Assembly: GCA_002189035.1 (NCBI GenBank)
Contig: CM007992.1
Span: 3,410,001 to 3,474,000, forward strand
Length of the DNA: 64,000 bases
Origin: Utricularia gibba
Lineage: Eukaryota > Plantae > Magnoliophyta
Direction: 5' to 3'
Part shown: positions 50,172 through 64,000 of the stretch, one piece after another
Numbering within the stretch: position 1 is the first letter of the stretch
How the letters are laid out: every line of letters begins with the position of its first letter
Notes under the pieces: model-generated
Databases searched by the model: none
Told to the model about the DNA's origin: nothing
What the model saw: the letters and a program-made list of their open reading frames with translations, nothing else
Position numbers and translations under genes: made by a program

Positions 50172-52001
50172 ATGGTAATGAAATGGCGAGCTTTTTCCTC
50201 TTTCCTGGCAAACGGACGGTCCCCTGAAAGGAATGGGTGGCGACACATTGCCTCTCAAATCCAGAATTTCAGTTGTTCTGGTGAATTGAGGAATGATGAT
50301 CGGAAACCAGATGAAATTTCAGAGGAAAATCGGACCTTGCGGTCCATTGAGGCCTGTAAAACTTCCAAAAAGGATACCGCAGATAAGCCATATCATATTC
50401 GTGTTATTGAAATTGCGAAAGAGATATCCAAATTTATTAGGGCCAACCCTGATTGGGAAGAGAAACTTCTACAGGCTTTCCCACGGGTGAATTTTGGAAA
50501 GCCTCCTGTTTACAAGGAAATTTTGAGAGCAGAGAATGATGTGCTTTTGTGTCTCCGTTTCTATTACTGGCTTAGGAATCGGAAAGGTTTAACGCTTGAC
50601 CCTGCTCTTGGCAATATGATTTTTGGTAGGCTCGTGAAAGCAGATGCCCCTCATGCGGCAATGAAGTTTCTTGATGATACAGGGTTTGATCCTAATCCCG
50701 AGAAGTTGGAGTTGTATGCACGATGTTTGTGTAAGGCAGGATTTTTTGATGATGCTCTCTCTGTTATTAAACGTTTGCGAGATAATGGTAATCCTGTCTC
50801 TCGTCCTATGTGGAACTTTGCCTTGTCCTGTGCTGTTGCAGCTGGAAGAGGCGATGCTGTTGCTAAACTTCAACAACAGATGGGGGAATCCGGTGTGGAA
50901 ACAGAAATGACTACGATTGGTTGCAATATGCAAGCTTTGTGTTTCGAAAAAAATACAGCCAAAGCTTACGAGGTGCTTCGTCAGGTTATGATGGTTGGTC
51001 AGCTTCCTGATAATATTTTTTTGAACCGATTGATATCAGCCCTTTGTAGGTCTGGAGACTTTGATAAAGTATCAGAAGTTCTTCATCATATGATTTCGAT
51101 GGGGCGTAAGCCGGATATTTACACTTACAAGGTGATTATTCATGAATTATGCAAACAGGGGAGGACACATGAAGGCTTTATGATGTTTAAGGAATTGAAA
51201 CGAAGAGGGTATTATCCTGAGACAGTCATGTATACGTTAATGATTCATGCACTCTGTAACGATCTCAACATCGGAGATGCGAAAGAGCTGTGGTCTGAGA
51301 TGATCAGTAATGCAGTTCCTCGCAACGGGCGCACATACAATGTTATGCTCGATGGATTATGGAAAAGTGGCCTTGTTCATGAAGCTGAGATGCTTTACAA
51401 GGAGATGGTTGAAAGGGGCTACGGTGAGACTCTGTACACTTACAACACCATGATAACTGGCCTGTGTCTCAATGGAAATGTCGAGGAAGCTCATCGTCGA
51501 TTCATGGAGATGGACGTAAAGGGTATCACTCGCAACTTCATAACCTACTGTGTTATGATCAATGGATTCATTCAGCAAGGTGATACAACACAAGCATTGC
51601 GCCTTCTGTATGAATCTGCAGACAAGAAAATTATGCTTTCAACCTCTACTTTAGTACAACTGCTCACACGGCTCTCGGATGAACATGTGGAAGAAGCTAT
51701 TAGAATATGGAACTATATGAACGATAAATGCCTCCAACCTTCGTATCTTTGTCTGAAACCTATCATAGGCACGCTAAGCAATCAGGAGAACATTGACAGA
51801 GCAATACATTATGCGTGCCTCTTGATCAACAAGGGTCACAGGCCAAGTCATGCGCTTTCAGAGCTTGCTCCATTCTTGTCTACAGCAGAAAAGTTAGATT
51901 CGGCTTTCTTTATAAGGAGTCTTATGCTGAAAAGTGGGTTTTTGGTTGATCAGGAAGTGTCAAACCAGGAACAATATGGGGAACTAGCCCTTGAAAAATA
52001 A
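50172..52001 (+). CDS. P-type pentatricopeptide repeat (PPR) protein, probably organelle-targeted, intronless
   Basis: 609-aa ORF with tandem 35-aa repeats (e.g. PDIYTYKVIIHELCKQGRTHEGFMMFKELKRRGYY, PETVMYTLMIHALC, RNGRTYNVMLDGLWKSG). Basic, Ser-rich N-terminus; site II and telo-box upstream near 49870-49910. Confidence 0.95.
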   Translation: MVMKWRAFSSFLANGRSPERNGWRHIASQIQNFSCSGELRNDDRKPDEISEENRTLRSIEACKTSKKDTADKPYHIRVIEIAKEISKFIRANPDWEEKLLQAFPRVNFGKPPVYKEILRAENDVLLCLRFYYWLRNRKGLTLDPALGNMIFGRLVKADAPHAAMKFLDDTGFDPNPEKLELYARCLCKAGFFDDALSVIKRLRDNGNPVSRPMWNFALSCAVAAGRGDAVAKLQQQMGESGVETEMTTIGCNMQALCFEKNTAKAYEVLRQVMMVGQLPDNIFLNRLISALCRSGDFDKVSEVLHHMISMGRKPDIYTYKVIIHELCKQGRTHEGFMMFKELKRRGYYPETVMYTLMIHALCNDLNIGDAKELWSEMISNAVPRNGRTYNVMLDGLWKSGLVHEAEMLYKEMVERGYGETLYTYNTMITGLCLNGNVEEAHRRFMEMDVKGITRNFITYCVMINGFIQQGDTTQALRLLYESADKKIMLSTSTLVQLLTRLSDEHVEEAIRIWNYMNDKCLQPSYLCLKPIIGTLSNQENIDRAIHYACLLINKGHRPSHALSELAPFLSTAEKLDSAFFIRSLMLKSGFLVDQEVSNQEQYGELALEK

Positions 52002-52440
52002 GTAGCGAGTAAGAAGAAGGTTTCAAGGAGAACGTTCTCTGGGATTCTCCAGGTGCTCCCTCTTCATCTTTATCAATCCTTGTTTCGCCACGCACGTTCC
52101 TACGCAATTCGATCTCCGACTTCTGCCGTAGAGTGACGAACAGAGACCTCTGAAAATGAATATAATCAATATTATTCATCACCAACTAACTTGTATAAAT
52201 AATTGGGTTTTGGGGTTGGATTTCTTTTGGCTTCTCCCCGTTCACAATTCACATGGAACCGCCGCTGCTTTCCATGTCCGCTTTCACAAATAGCTCTTTT
52301 CGTTTTTTGATGAAACAATGGTCTTTTGATTGGAGTTTGATCAGGTGGGTTGGGTGTTTCTTTTGGAATTGATTTATCGTGAGCATTGTTGATTGGAAAA
52401 GTGTTCGTGTTTCGGTCTTTTAGAGGCTTTTGGCATTTTG

Positions 52441-52958
52441 GTTTTGAGCGTTTGTCAAGTGTAACGGAATAGGGACCCAAGAATTCAGTCTTGGGGTGAT
52501 GAGGAGCGTGATGGAAGTGACCCCGCAAGGTTGTGGCTACAAGATGCAATGTATCCCAGAGCAGCATCTACAAGAAGTAGCGTTGATAGCCTCGCTGAGT
52601 CAATTGGTGTTATTGGTGATCCAGAAGTATCAATGGCAGCTTACCTCCAACCATGTGTTCTTCGCCATTGCAGGTGACGGGGCTTTTGAGTTTCTATCCA
52701 GCCAAACTTTGGTAGACATGGTACGTGATGCTGATCAAACTTCGAAACCTTCTCTGGTTGTTCCATGAAATTGAATCATCAAGTGTGTGTGCCTTTTTCC
52801 TGCAGGTTAACAAGCACTCCGATCCCAGAGATGCTTCTTCAGCCATTGCACAAGGATCGTACAAACTATGGATTCAGAATGATAACAGCACTGACGACAT
52901 GACAGTCATCCTCGTACATATGACAAATCTAGAGCATAGTTTCCCGCATGGCTTATGA
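52441..52958 (+). pseudogene. Protein phosphatase 2C pseudogene (C-terminal half)
   Basis: VLSVCQV*RNRDPRIQSWGDEE..DP.RLWLQDAMYP..STRS..DSLAESIGVIGDPEVSM / QLTSNHVFFAIAGDGAFEFLSSQTLVDM | intron | DPRDA..SYKLW..TDDMTVILV. In-frame TAA at 52462-52464 and a frameshift near 52636. Confidence 0.88.
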
Positions 52959-53463
52959 GCATTAACTTAAAAACACGTGCATATGATTTCATGGCTTCAG
53001 CCAACAGCTGTACTAGCCTCGTTCTGTTGAATTTTCCTTTGTATATCTTGTCTGCAGAAGAGTGATCTACTGATGTGCAGTTAAAAAAAATGGTAGGGTG
53101 CTGTCTGTCATAGCATGTCAAGGTTCCCTAATTCTCTCTTTTTTACTTGAGTGGAACACCTCAATGGGGTGAAAATAGACCACGGGTGCTGCAGTGCACA
53201 CTGGAAAAGGGAATGATGAATGTAACGAAGGAAACGGCATACGGGTGGCTTGCTGTGAAAAATGGTGGAAAAATGGCCTCAGGTTCCGGAATCTGTGTTG
53301 CAAGATCCTGAAAGTGACCAAGAGGGGGGTGCTGCAACCATGTATGGACGAGATGCTGGTCGGGTTTAGAACATGAGCAGGGTGACTGGCGGTTAGGACT
53401 AGCCGACCGTGCCCGGCTGGTGGAGGAGTCTTCTTCCCTGTGCAACCAAAGAAAAGAAGAAAT

Positions 53464-53553
53464 GCACACTCCCTACGCAGGCATTATCCTGTTCAGGTAC
53501 AAAGGGACTTTCTCAGCCTGATCTGCTTGAGCAGATGCAGACACCCCCGGTGC
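53464..53553 (-). ncRNA. TPP (thiamine pyrophosphate) riboswitch aptamer in the THIC 3' UTR
   Basis: Minus strand GCACCGGGGGTGTCTGCATCTGCTCAAGCAGATCAGGCTGAGAAAGTCCCTTTGTACCTGAACAGGATAATGCCTGCGTAGGGAGTGTGC: P1 GCAC/GTGC, GGGG/CCCT P2, CUGAGA, P4/P5 with GAUAAUG loop, AGGGA. Confidence 0.97.
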
Positions 53554-53728
53554 GTGGTTTCGTTAAGCACGAGCAAAGATGGAAAACAGACAGAGGAGAA
53601 GAAGAAAGCACCGACACAAATGTAATCACAACAGTGTTCGCTTATTTGGACAACTATTCAGGGATTCAACTTACCAACCAGGTGATGAGAGTTCAAAGAA
53701 GAAGGCGTCCACTTGGAGATTCTCCAGC

Positions 53729-53816
53729 CTGCGAGAGCAGAGAAATCCCAAAACACATGTTTAGTAGAAGAAATGTGAACACTTGGAAATTCTGGCATGG
53801 CTTGTTAGTTACTCAC
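53729..53816 (-). other. First 3'-UTR intron of THIC, starting just after the stop codon
   Basis: TAA CTG|GTGAGT donor at 53816 and CTCTCGCAG acceptor ending at 53729; matches the known organisation of plant THIC 3' UTRs. Confidence 0.75.
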
Positions 53817-53819
53817 CAG

Positions 53820-56064
<2,245 letters not shown>

Positions 56065-57822
56065 TCAGAAAAAAGAGAGAGGGAGAGAGAGACACAAAGC
56101 AATACAACAACATCAAGATTTAGATCAAGAGAATCCAACAAAACAAGGCCCTTGTGAAAGCTGTGAAAGTTCACTGCAAGTTTATTAGCTACATTCCCTG
56201 TCGCATAAGCCACATCTTCTCAATTTTCCCAGGGTTTCTATCACATCAATCAAACAAGGTACACCCCTTTGTCAAACAGTATACTGATAGCCTCAGAATG
56301 TCAAATTTTTGACATTTTCCTCGACGGCATCGACAAGAAGAACTACCCATACCAGATATCCCCCGGTAAAGGAACACCCACATGCAAAAGCATATCATAA
56401 CTACAACAAACTTCGAAGGAAGAACAAAAAGAAAACCTTTATCAGAGTATTTTGATACCGTAGCTAATGCAGGATTGCCAAGGGATGCAGCTTCTGCAGG
56501 TATTTTGGGAAGCTTATCAGTTGTGTTTGTGAGGGTTCCCTCTAAAGGCAAGCAGGAGTCAGCATCAAACAAAGAGATTTTTTCACAAATATCTCCAGGC
56601 ACGCATCTCAACCAAGGGAAATAATTCACATTCGACCCCACTTTTGTTTCTAATTTCAGCATTTGCCCTGTCCCAGAAAGCCCCTTTCTGGTTCACCTAA
56701 GCTTGACGAGTTCATTTACAGTGGAACTGCTTTTACAAGATAATTCACTAAGGATCTTGGACATCCGTACGAGATGACTAGTTCATGTACAGTAGGTTGT
56801 ACATGGTTTTTGAAGTAAATTCACGGAAGGCCAAGCACAACCGTGAACTGATCAACTGTGCAAGCGCATTATTCCATGATATCATGAAACTGGCTTTGGA
56901 AACCCAATATGGCTCATCCAGTGAACCTGTCAAAAGCGTTTAAAACCAGAGATGAAGACTGAGGAGATTGAGGTTATCTTGAAATTAGAGGAAGTGTGTT
57001 TATTACAAAAAAACGTACAGCAAGAAGATGCTTCTGAAATGGGAATTGGAGGAAGAAGAGGCCGGTGAGTCAGATAAGGATGTGCTGAAGCAGCCCGAGA
57101 AACTTACACAGTGGCTGAGAAAACTGAGAAGCCTGGGGAAGATCAGTGAGTGATGCTGCTGATATGTTTCGTGTGCCTGTTTTTACTTGTTAACAAACAT
57201 CACCGTGTAGCTACAACCAACGCACGTTATAAAAACAACGCCTTGATGCTTCTAAAATTCCATTCTCCAGTCCAACAAAGGAACAACTGACATCAAGCAG
57301 AGAAGAATGCCTTTTCTCTGAAAGTCTAGTTGCAGAAAGACCCGATCCTCATCTTCTTCATATTTCATACATGGTACGTTGATACACAGGATCCCACGAG
57401 CAAAAAGCTTAGTATGCACTATATGAAACCAGAAAAGCAACCATACTTTACGAGCAAAATAAAAGCAGAACATTGTTATTCATCACTCTTAAACTTCATT
57501 ACAGAAACACCAGATCATCTTCATACAAGTAGACACTAGCCCTAAGTTACACCAAGTTTTGTGCTCCTTATCGAAGCTTTCATAAAAAACAAACTGAAAT
57601 AGACCTAGGATAAACTGAAAGTCCATTATTATTACTTCCATACAGAAACGCAGCAGGCATAGGTTACAACGAGTCTTCATGCTTCTCAATTTGTGATCTT
57701 TTCTACCGGATAGCCCATGACTCCCAATCCCATATTGGGAAAAGATATCTATGGGTGGAAGCTGGGGTTGCCGGAAAGTAGAGCCCACAGAAACCGATCA
57801 GCAAAAGATATCATTTTTTTCT

Positions 57823-58335
57823 TCACACCAGGCGGAGCAATCGCCTCAGATCTTCCGTTGCCGAATCAGTTAACGGCTTCTCTTGATGCTTCATCTGGTT
57901 GAAAAAGGAAGGAAGAGGAAGAGATCTAGGAGATGGCGATGTATAAAAAGCCGATCCGGCGTACATATCCGCCATCGGCGGTGGAGAAACACGGATCTGC
58001 TTCAAAATAACCTCCGAATCCGAAACCGTCTCAATCGGTTTAGGTCTCGGCGATTTGATAACCTTCGATGTCAGCGAATCCAAAGATTCCCCTCTTCTAA
58101 GCAATTTAACGTTCCCCATCTGAAAACCCAGATCCTCCTTCTTAACAACGGACCAATTTTTCGCCCTCTTCCTAGCCACGGCGTTCTCCGGCGAAAAGTT
58201 GATTTTTTTCTTGTCCGTCTTGGAGGCGGCCTTCTTGTTACCCACCCCACCGTTATTAAACACCCTCCGGGATCGTAAATCCCCAGGGAATCTATCGATC
58301 AACACATCCTGAGGCCGCAAAACTTCCGTAGCCAT
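57823..58335 (-). CDS. Plant protein with a C-terminal PNRC-like proline-rich motif, intronless
   Basis: MATEVLRPQDVL start, GNVKLLRRGE, YAGSAFYTSPSPRSLPLPSFF, DSATEDLRRLLRL*. Confidence 0.85.
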   Translation of the reverse strand: MATEVLRPQDVLIDRFPGDLRSRRVFNNGGVGNKKAASKTDKKKINFSPENAVARKRAKNWSVVKKEDLGFQMGNVKLLRRGESLDSLTSKVIKSPRPKPIETVSDSEVILKQIRVSPPPMADMYAGSAFYTSPSPRSLPLPSFFNQMKHQEKPLTDSATEDLRRLLRLV

Positions 58336-61300
58336 CGACCTTTCACCAGAAACACAAAACAACCACACACCAGAGAAAAGAGATCAAGCTCCGTCCGTGT
58401 GTTCGCCTGAACCTTCTCCCTTGAACTGGGTATTTGTGGAAGATCGGCAGAGAGGAGGTTTCACACCGACCTTCCTTAAAGCGCGTGACTGAGTTAGAAG
58501 AAGGAAAGAAAAGGAGGAACGACCCGCGCCTCTGATTGGCTGAATTTATTTTTTATTTTTTATTGTTATTTTTTTATGGTAACGGGTGAGACGAAGACCG
58601 CGTCACATATGTGGCCCCACCTCCATTATTGCATTTACGGATTTACCCTGCCTTTCCCCCTTCTTATCTTATTTGCGTATCAATTTCTTTTTCAATATTT
58701 GCGTATCAAAATAATTTATATAAAAATAAATAATGTATTTAATATAATTGTTGTAACTAAATTATATATATAGTATTATTAAAATATCTATAGTAAATAA
58801 TTAGAGAAACTTTTTTAAAATAAAAAAATATTATATTATATTTTACGGTCAGAAATCTATATTTTTGTAAACGTATTTGTATTTTATAATAAATAATCAA
58901 ATAAAAAATTATTAATATATATTTTATATTAGAAAAATGGGAAAATAAAAAATAAAGAAAGAAAAATACAACTTTAATTGTTGTAACGGGAGTCGCCCTA
59001 ATATTAAATTATATGATGAATTATTGTGTGGGGGCCGCCGCTGAGTCGATTCCCTCTTCTATTATTTTTAGTGTAGTGGGTGGTGTTTTGTTTGACTACC
59101 CAATAGATGAATGCCACGTGGATACAGAAATGGGCCTGGCCCATTGAGTCCAACTAGGAGCATTTTAATCTGGAAACTTTATCCTAAAAATCTGGTTCTA
59201 ATATGTGAGATACATGTATGGTTTTAAATACGATATTAAAAAAATAAAATTCGAGTTTAATTGGTCAATATATGCATTAATTTTATTCTTTTTATCAACT
59301 CATAGCTTACAATAAAAGAATATCGAATATATTGTAAACATTATGTAGAACGATAATTAGAGATTGTATGACAATATAACTTTAAAGATTAAGTTTAATA
59401 TTTAAAAGTGTTGCTATGATTTCAAAAGAGGAGAATCCAAAAAGAATGTTGATATAAAGTAAAAAGTTTTAGATGATAAATATGAATGTCATCTATCACT
59501 TATGACGATATTAGAAAATTAAAATATTATATATATATTATTAATCGAGATAAAATGAGTAACAAATAATATTAATTTTAATATATGTGAAGAATTAAAA
59601 AAATTAAAAAATAATGATAAATGATTCAAGTAGATTTAAATATTCTTCATTATAATTATTTAAATAAAATATGATATATAAATTATCGATGAATATAAAT
59701 ATAATAAATTAATGTATTTAATTGTTTAAATGGTTATAAAAGAAACTTAGTGCATTAAATATTTTTAAAATCATATACTCTGGACGCCATTTAAATTGAT
59801 ATCTAATTTTTTATTTAAAAAATTATTGATTTGTAAATTATTTTATAAAAGTGAAAATATAATATTATTTCCATACCCTTTTTTTTTCGCCCCCCATTCA
59901 CAGTCTTTTGTGCTCTGAGTGGTGTCTTTTAATGCAATTTGCAGCATATCGCGATGCATGTGCTACAGAAACGTTGCGCCATCCTGATCGTGGTTTGGGT
60001 CCCTTTCTTCATCCTACAACTGCAGGAAAAAAAGAGACTGAAACACTCTGCTTTCTACGCCGTCCAACTCCGTGTGTCCCACCGGCGGCTGTGGGCTTCG
60101 GAGATCGGAGCTCTACCGGAAATATTCCAGGGGTGGCTGAGAGATGGAGGAAAACAGAGCAGGTGAGTGGGATTCTGCAACAGGAAAACTGGGGATACAA
60201 TGTACTGTTCGTTTAAGCAAGCGTCGAGGTATTTCAGAGAATTTCAAAAGAAGACAAGGGGGAAACAAATCTACTTTATCATCGAGGAAGCACTGGGCTT
60301 TCGAATGAAGTCACTTGATAAGGGTTTTTTTTTTGTTACAACACAAATAATAATGTATCGAAACTTTAAATTGAAATAATAAATTATATAAGAAATTATA
60401 TATTATTAATAATTTATTAGATTTAATCTTTACTAATGTGTTCCATGATTATTATATATTTGGATTTTATATGTGCTCATCATAAAAAAAGTTGAGATTG
60501 AATTATGTATATTATGTGAAATAATAATATATTGAGATTTACAATTGAAATAATCAAGTATATAATAAATTGTAAATCGTTAATAATCAATTAAATTTTA
60601 ATATAATTCATATTTTTTATATAATTTAATTTCACATGTACTCAATTTAACTAATAGAATAAGTGTGTTAGTTGAACAAGAAGTTTCTACAATGCGTTAC
60701 TACTTTACTTGACGAGGCATGCATAACTGATCTCTGGGAAACGTGAAGAACTCAGTTTTGATTTCGTGTGCTTTCAAGGTTTCTCCCCAATGCTGGTTTG
60801 GTTCTTGAGATTAGAAGCTGAGGCGCTTCTTCTTCTTCTTTCTTTCCTGCTGCTGCGTCTGTTTCTGCAACCACGACCTCCCAAAGTGGAGCTATCTTGT
60901 GGTGCAAGTGGTGTCTCCCACGCAAACCTCAACACATGGTGTGTTGGCTCTACAGCGACCCATCCATCGCCATTAAAACTCCCACGCTGCTTGCTACAAT
61001 GACCTGAGTTGCTTCTACGTGGACCATTTTTTTGATATATCTCTAAAAGGCTTGATTATCTTAAATTTAATAAAAATGTATATATGTTTAATTTGAAAGA
61101 TAAAATAAACATACTTGATTTCCTAATTTCAATTTGAACATATGCACATAATTTTATATAAAACTCAACTTTTATGTGAATTTAGTATATTAAGATCTTG
61201 TATCCCATATCCATTATGAATTAAAGAGGAAACATGTTTAAATAGAGAAATCTTACGAATTTTGTATGAAGTTTTTTTTTCTTAAAATAGAATAATATAA

Positions 61301-62827
61301 AATCATAGGTATTGAATATATGAAACGATAATATAGTACAATAGGAGTGTAAGTCTAATATTTGTATCAAAGTTAAACTCAAACACATAACAACGATGAG
61401 ATAAGGGGGCAATGAGCAAGTACAATGAATATCTAAAAGGAGTGAAATGTAAAATCGAGAGGTTATTAATGATATTTCACATTAATTATGAAAATAGTGA
61501 TAAACATATTTAAATAGAAAAACACTTTAAGTCTTGTATCAAACTTTATTCTAAAAAAAAAAGATAAAATTATGAAAATTAAGTAACCTAAGTGGACAAT
61601 ATCATCAAAAGAGAGTAATGTAAAACATTATAAGAGCAAATAGCCATTTATAAATAGCACAGAATTTTTTTTATAATTTATATTTTTCAATCATAAATCA
61701 TCTATTTATATATTATTGTATAACTGAATATTAAAAGTAATGATGATAAAGAATTTTACATAAGGAAATACTTTAATTAAACTTTAAAAGTATATTTTTG
61801 TTCTAAATACATATTTAAAATAATACTATATTTAATAAATATATCTAGAATAGACGAAATAAAAAAACCAAATCTTGATTGATTAAAAAATCATAAAAGA
61901 ATTTTGAACAACGTGATTAAAAGGGTAATATAAATATTTTATAAATTATATATATATATATAATAAATTTGTGAAAAAATATAATTATTAATATATATGT
62001 TTTGATGCATAAACGAATGCATTAAATACAACCTTAAAATATCAACTACTTTATTAAATATGCCAAAAATAACCTTGTCGACATGGTTAACAATCTATAT
62101 ATATATATATAAATTAGGGTTCGTTTATCGAAAATAGGCATATATAGTTTTAGGTATGTGAAAAGAACATAATTGAATTAAAAAATATTAAATGGGGAGA
62201 ATATTTGACCATTTTCAACGGCAAGTATTTTATACCCTCAAGTGCTGTGTCGCTTCTCCTGCAAGTGTTTCTCTGGGAAAAAGGAACCGAAATTTTTGCC
62301 CATTGAGATTCTCGCTTTTCTTTGCGTTGTCATTTCGCCTTGACCTTTTGGAAGAGCGTCTTTGGATCCCCCGTGGCCGTTGATTTTCGGTGATTCTCAA
62401 GTTTCTTGCTCTAAATTTGCCGTCGTTTAAGCTACTATTCACTGTCGATTGGTGTTTCTGCTGTTGCCTGTCACTAAGCATCGTTTGCGATCCGAGTCTG
62501 TTTCATGGAAGGAAAATTCTTGGTCTGTGTGCGATCTATGCTCTGTGATTATCGTGAATTGCGTGCATTTTTCTCGTACCGTTTGCTTAGTGGATGTGCT
62601 GAGATAAATCTGATTAAAGCCACTTCGGATCATAATAATTTGATGAAATGCGTTTTTGTAATCAATTTCTCTAGATCATGTTTGTGATATTCTTTTTTAT
62701 TGCATTGTGTCAAGGAAAAATGTTGTAATTCTACTGTGGACGCGCAAAGTTTTTTTAGTCGCTCAGATATTTGGGTCTGCGATCCAGCAGATCCGTACAG
62801 TTTGACACTACTCTGGATTCCGGAATC

Positions 62828-64000
62828 ATGAACTCTCAGCTGCTAGAAATTCTCCCGCGTGAACTCAAGTTCTTATGTGAGGAATTTTCTATTTAGATTA
62901 GAAAATGATCACATCTAGATTTTTTAGTTAATTACCATCTTTTGTGGGTTTTCGTAGTTGAGTTGAAGAAACAAAGTTCCTGTGCTGTTCATCTTACCAA
63001 TCTTTCTGATCAGTATGTTGCTTTCAAGGTTGGCATTCTCCAATTTCTAATTTTTTCTAGGCATTTAATGTTTGTGAAGTAAGTTGTTGGTCACTCCATT
63101 CCAGGTGAAGACAACATCACCAAAGAAATATTGTGTTAGACCAAATGTCGGTATTATCAAGCCAAAGGAAACACGTGATTTTACAGGTACCTCTCTTGAG
63201 TTGATGTCTCTTCTTTTTGACTTTTTTCGGGGGCTTGGGATGGTGGGTTGATGTTGATGTCGTGGATATTTGTAAAACTGTGAATGAAGTGAATGTTACT
63301 GAATCTCAAAGCTAGATATATGGTTTTCTTAATATTTACGGATCATGGAAATTGGATTCCATACTTGCAAGTTTCAAGTGTATTTTCTAGATGCCTGTTT
63401 TGCGTTTTTCTAGAAGACTCACTATCTCTCTTAGTACATCTTTTGCACTTAAAAGGGATGCTGTTGGGTCTTTTGGAACTTGGTCTTTTACTATAGTTGT
63501 AAATATGGTATCTTGTTGCCGGCAATGGTATGAAGGAATTTCTGAATTGGATCTTTTCACAGTCACCATGCAAGCACAGAAATCAACTGTGCTGGAGCCC
63601 AACGATAAGTTCCTGATTCAAAGCACAGTGGTACCTTATGGCACAACCGAAGAAGATATCGCATCCAGCATGGTTGAAATTTTGGCAGCGTGCTACTTCT
63701 GTTGACCTTGATTTTCGTTCTTTGAAATACTTGTTCTTTGGTTTCTGACAGTTTTCCAAAGAAAGTCAAAAGTATGTTGAAGAGACTAAGCTGCGTGTGA
63801 TTCTTGCAAGTGAACCCAACTCTCCGACAATGCCGCCACCTGAGATTGTTCTGAACCGAGAGCCTTTTTATGAAAATTTGAAGCCAAATGAACCTGTTTT
63901 ATCGCCTCTTAATGGAGTCAACAAGCAAGAGCCATCATATGAAACAGTGAAGCCAAAGGATAAATTACACAATGGAGTAGAAAAATTCCCTCCAGATGTG
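62828..64000 (+). CDS. VAP27: Vesicle-associated protein VAP27-like (MSP domain), truncated by the window end
   Basis: MNSQLLEILPRELKF|ELKKQSSCAVHLTN..YVAFK|VKTTSPKKYCVRPNVG|TMQAQK..DKFLIQSTVV|FSKE..VEETKLRV; canonical introns, open to the edge. Confidence 0.95.

Overview
Gene-dense window of a plant (eudicot) nuclear genome with very short introns (mostly 70-200 nt), short AT-rich intergenic spacers and about 19 recognisable genes. The compactness suggests a miniature genome such as Lentibulariaceae; this is inference only. In order: DUF506 protein (-), DMC1 (+), FORKED/VAN3-binding-like protein (-), RPS3a (+), TSO1/tesmin-like CXC protein (-), proteasome beta-4 (+), GPI-type nsLTP (+), conserved plant unknown (+), glyoxalase/VOC (+), WNK kinase (-), RanGAP pseudogene (+), small plant unknown (-), NF-YC (-), Wali7/TSJT1-like (-), non-catalytic aspartic protease fold/XEGIP-like (-), HIPP (-), PPR (+), PP2C pseudogene (+), THIC with an intact 3'-UTR TPP riboswitch (-), PNRC-motif protein (-), and a VAP27-like gene running off the right end (+). 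Highlights: the THIC riboswitch, which appears to lack an AG at the aptamer 5' end; a U12 AT-AC intron in DMC1; two GC-AG introns; two deletion-riddled pseudogenes; a gypsy RT relic; a MITE-like repeat present twice in inverted orientation; a hairpin-rich candidate ncRNA leader; and small indels breaking four otherwise intact genes, which look like assembly consensus errors. I found no tRNA, rRNA or CRISPR array, and no convincing wholly new biological system. All family assignments come from recalled motifs, not database searches.
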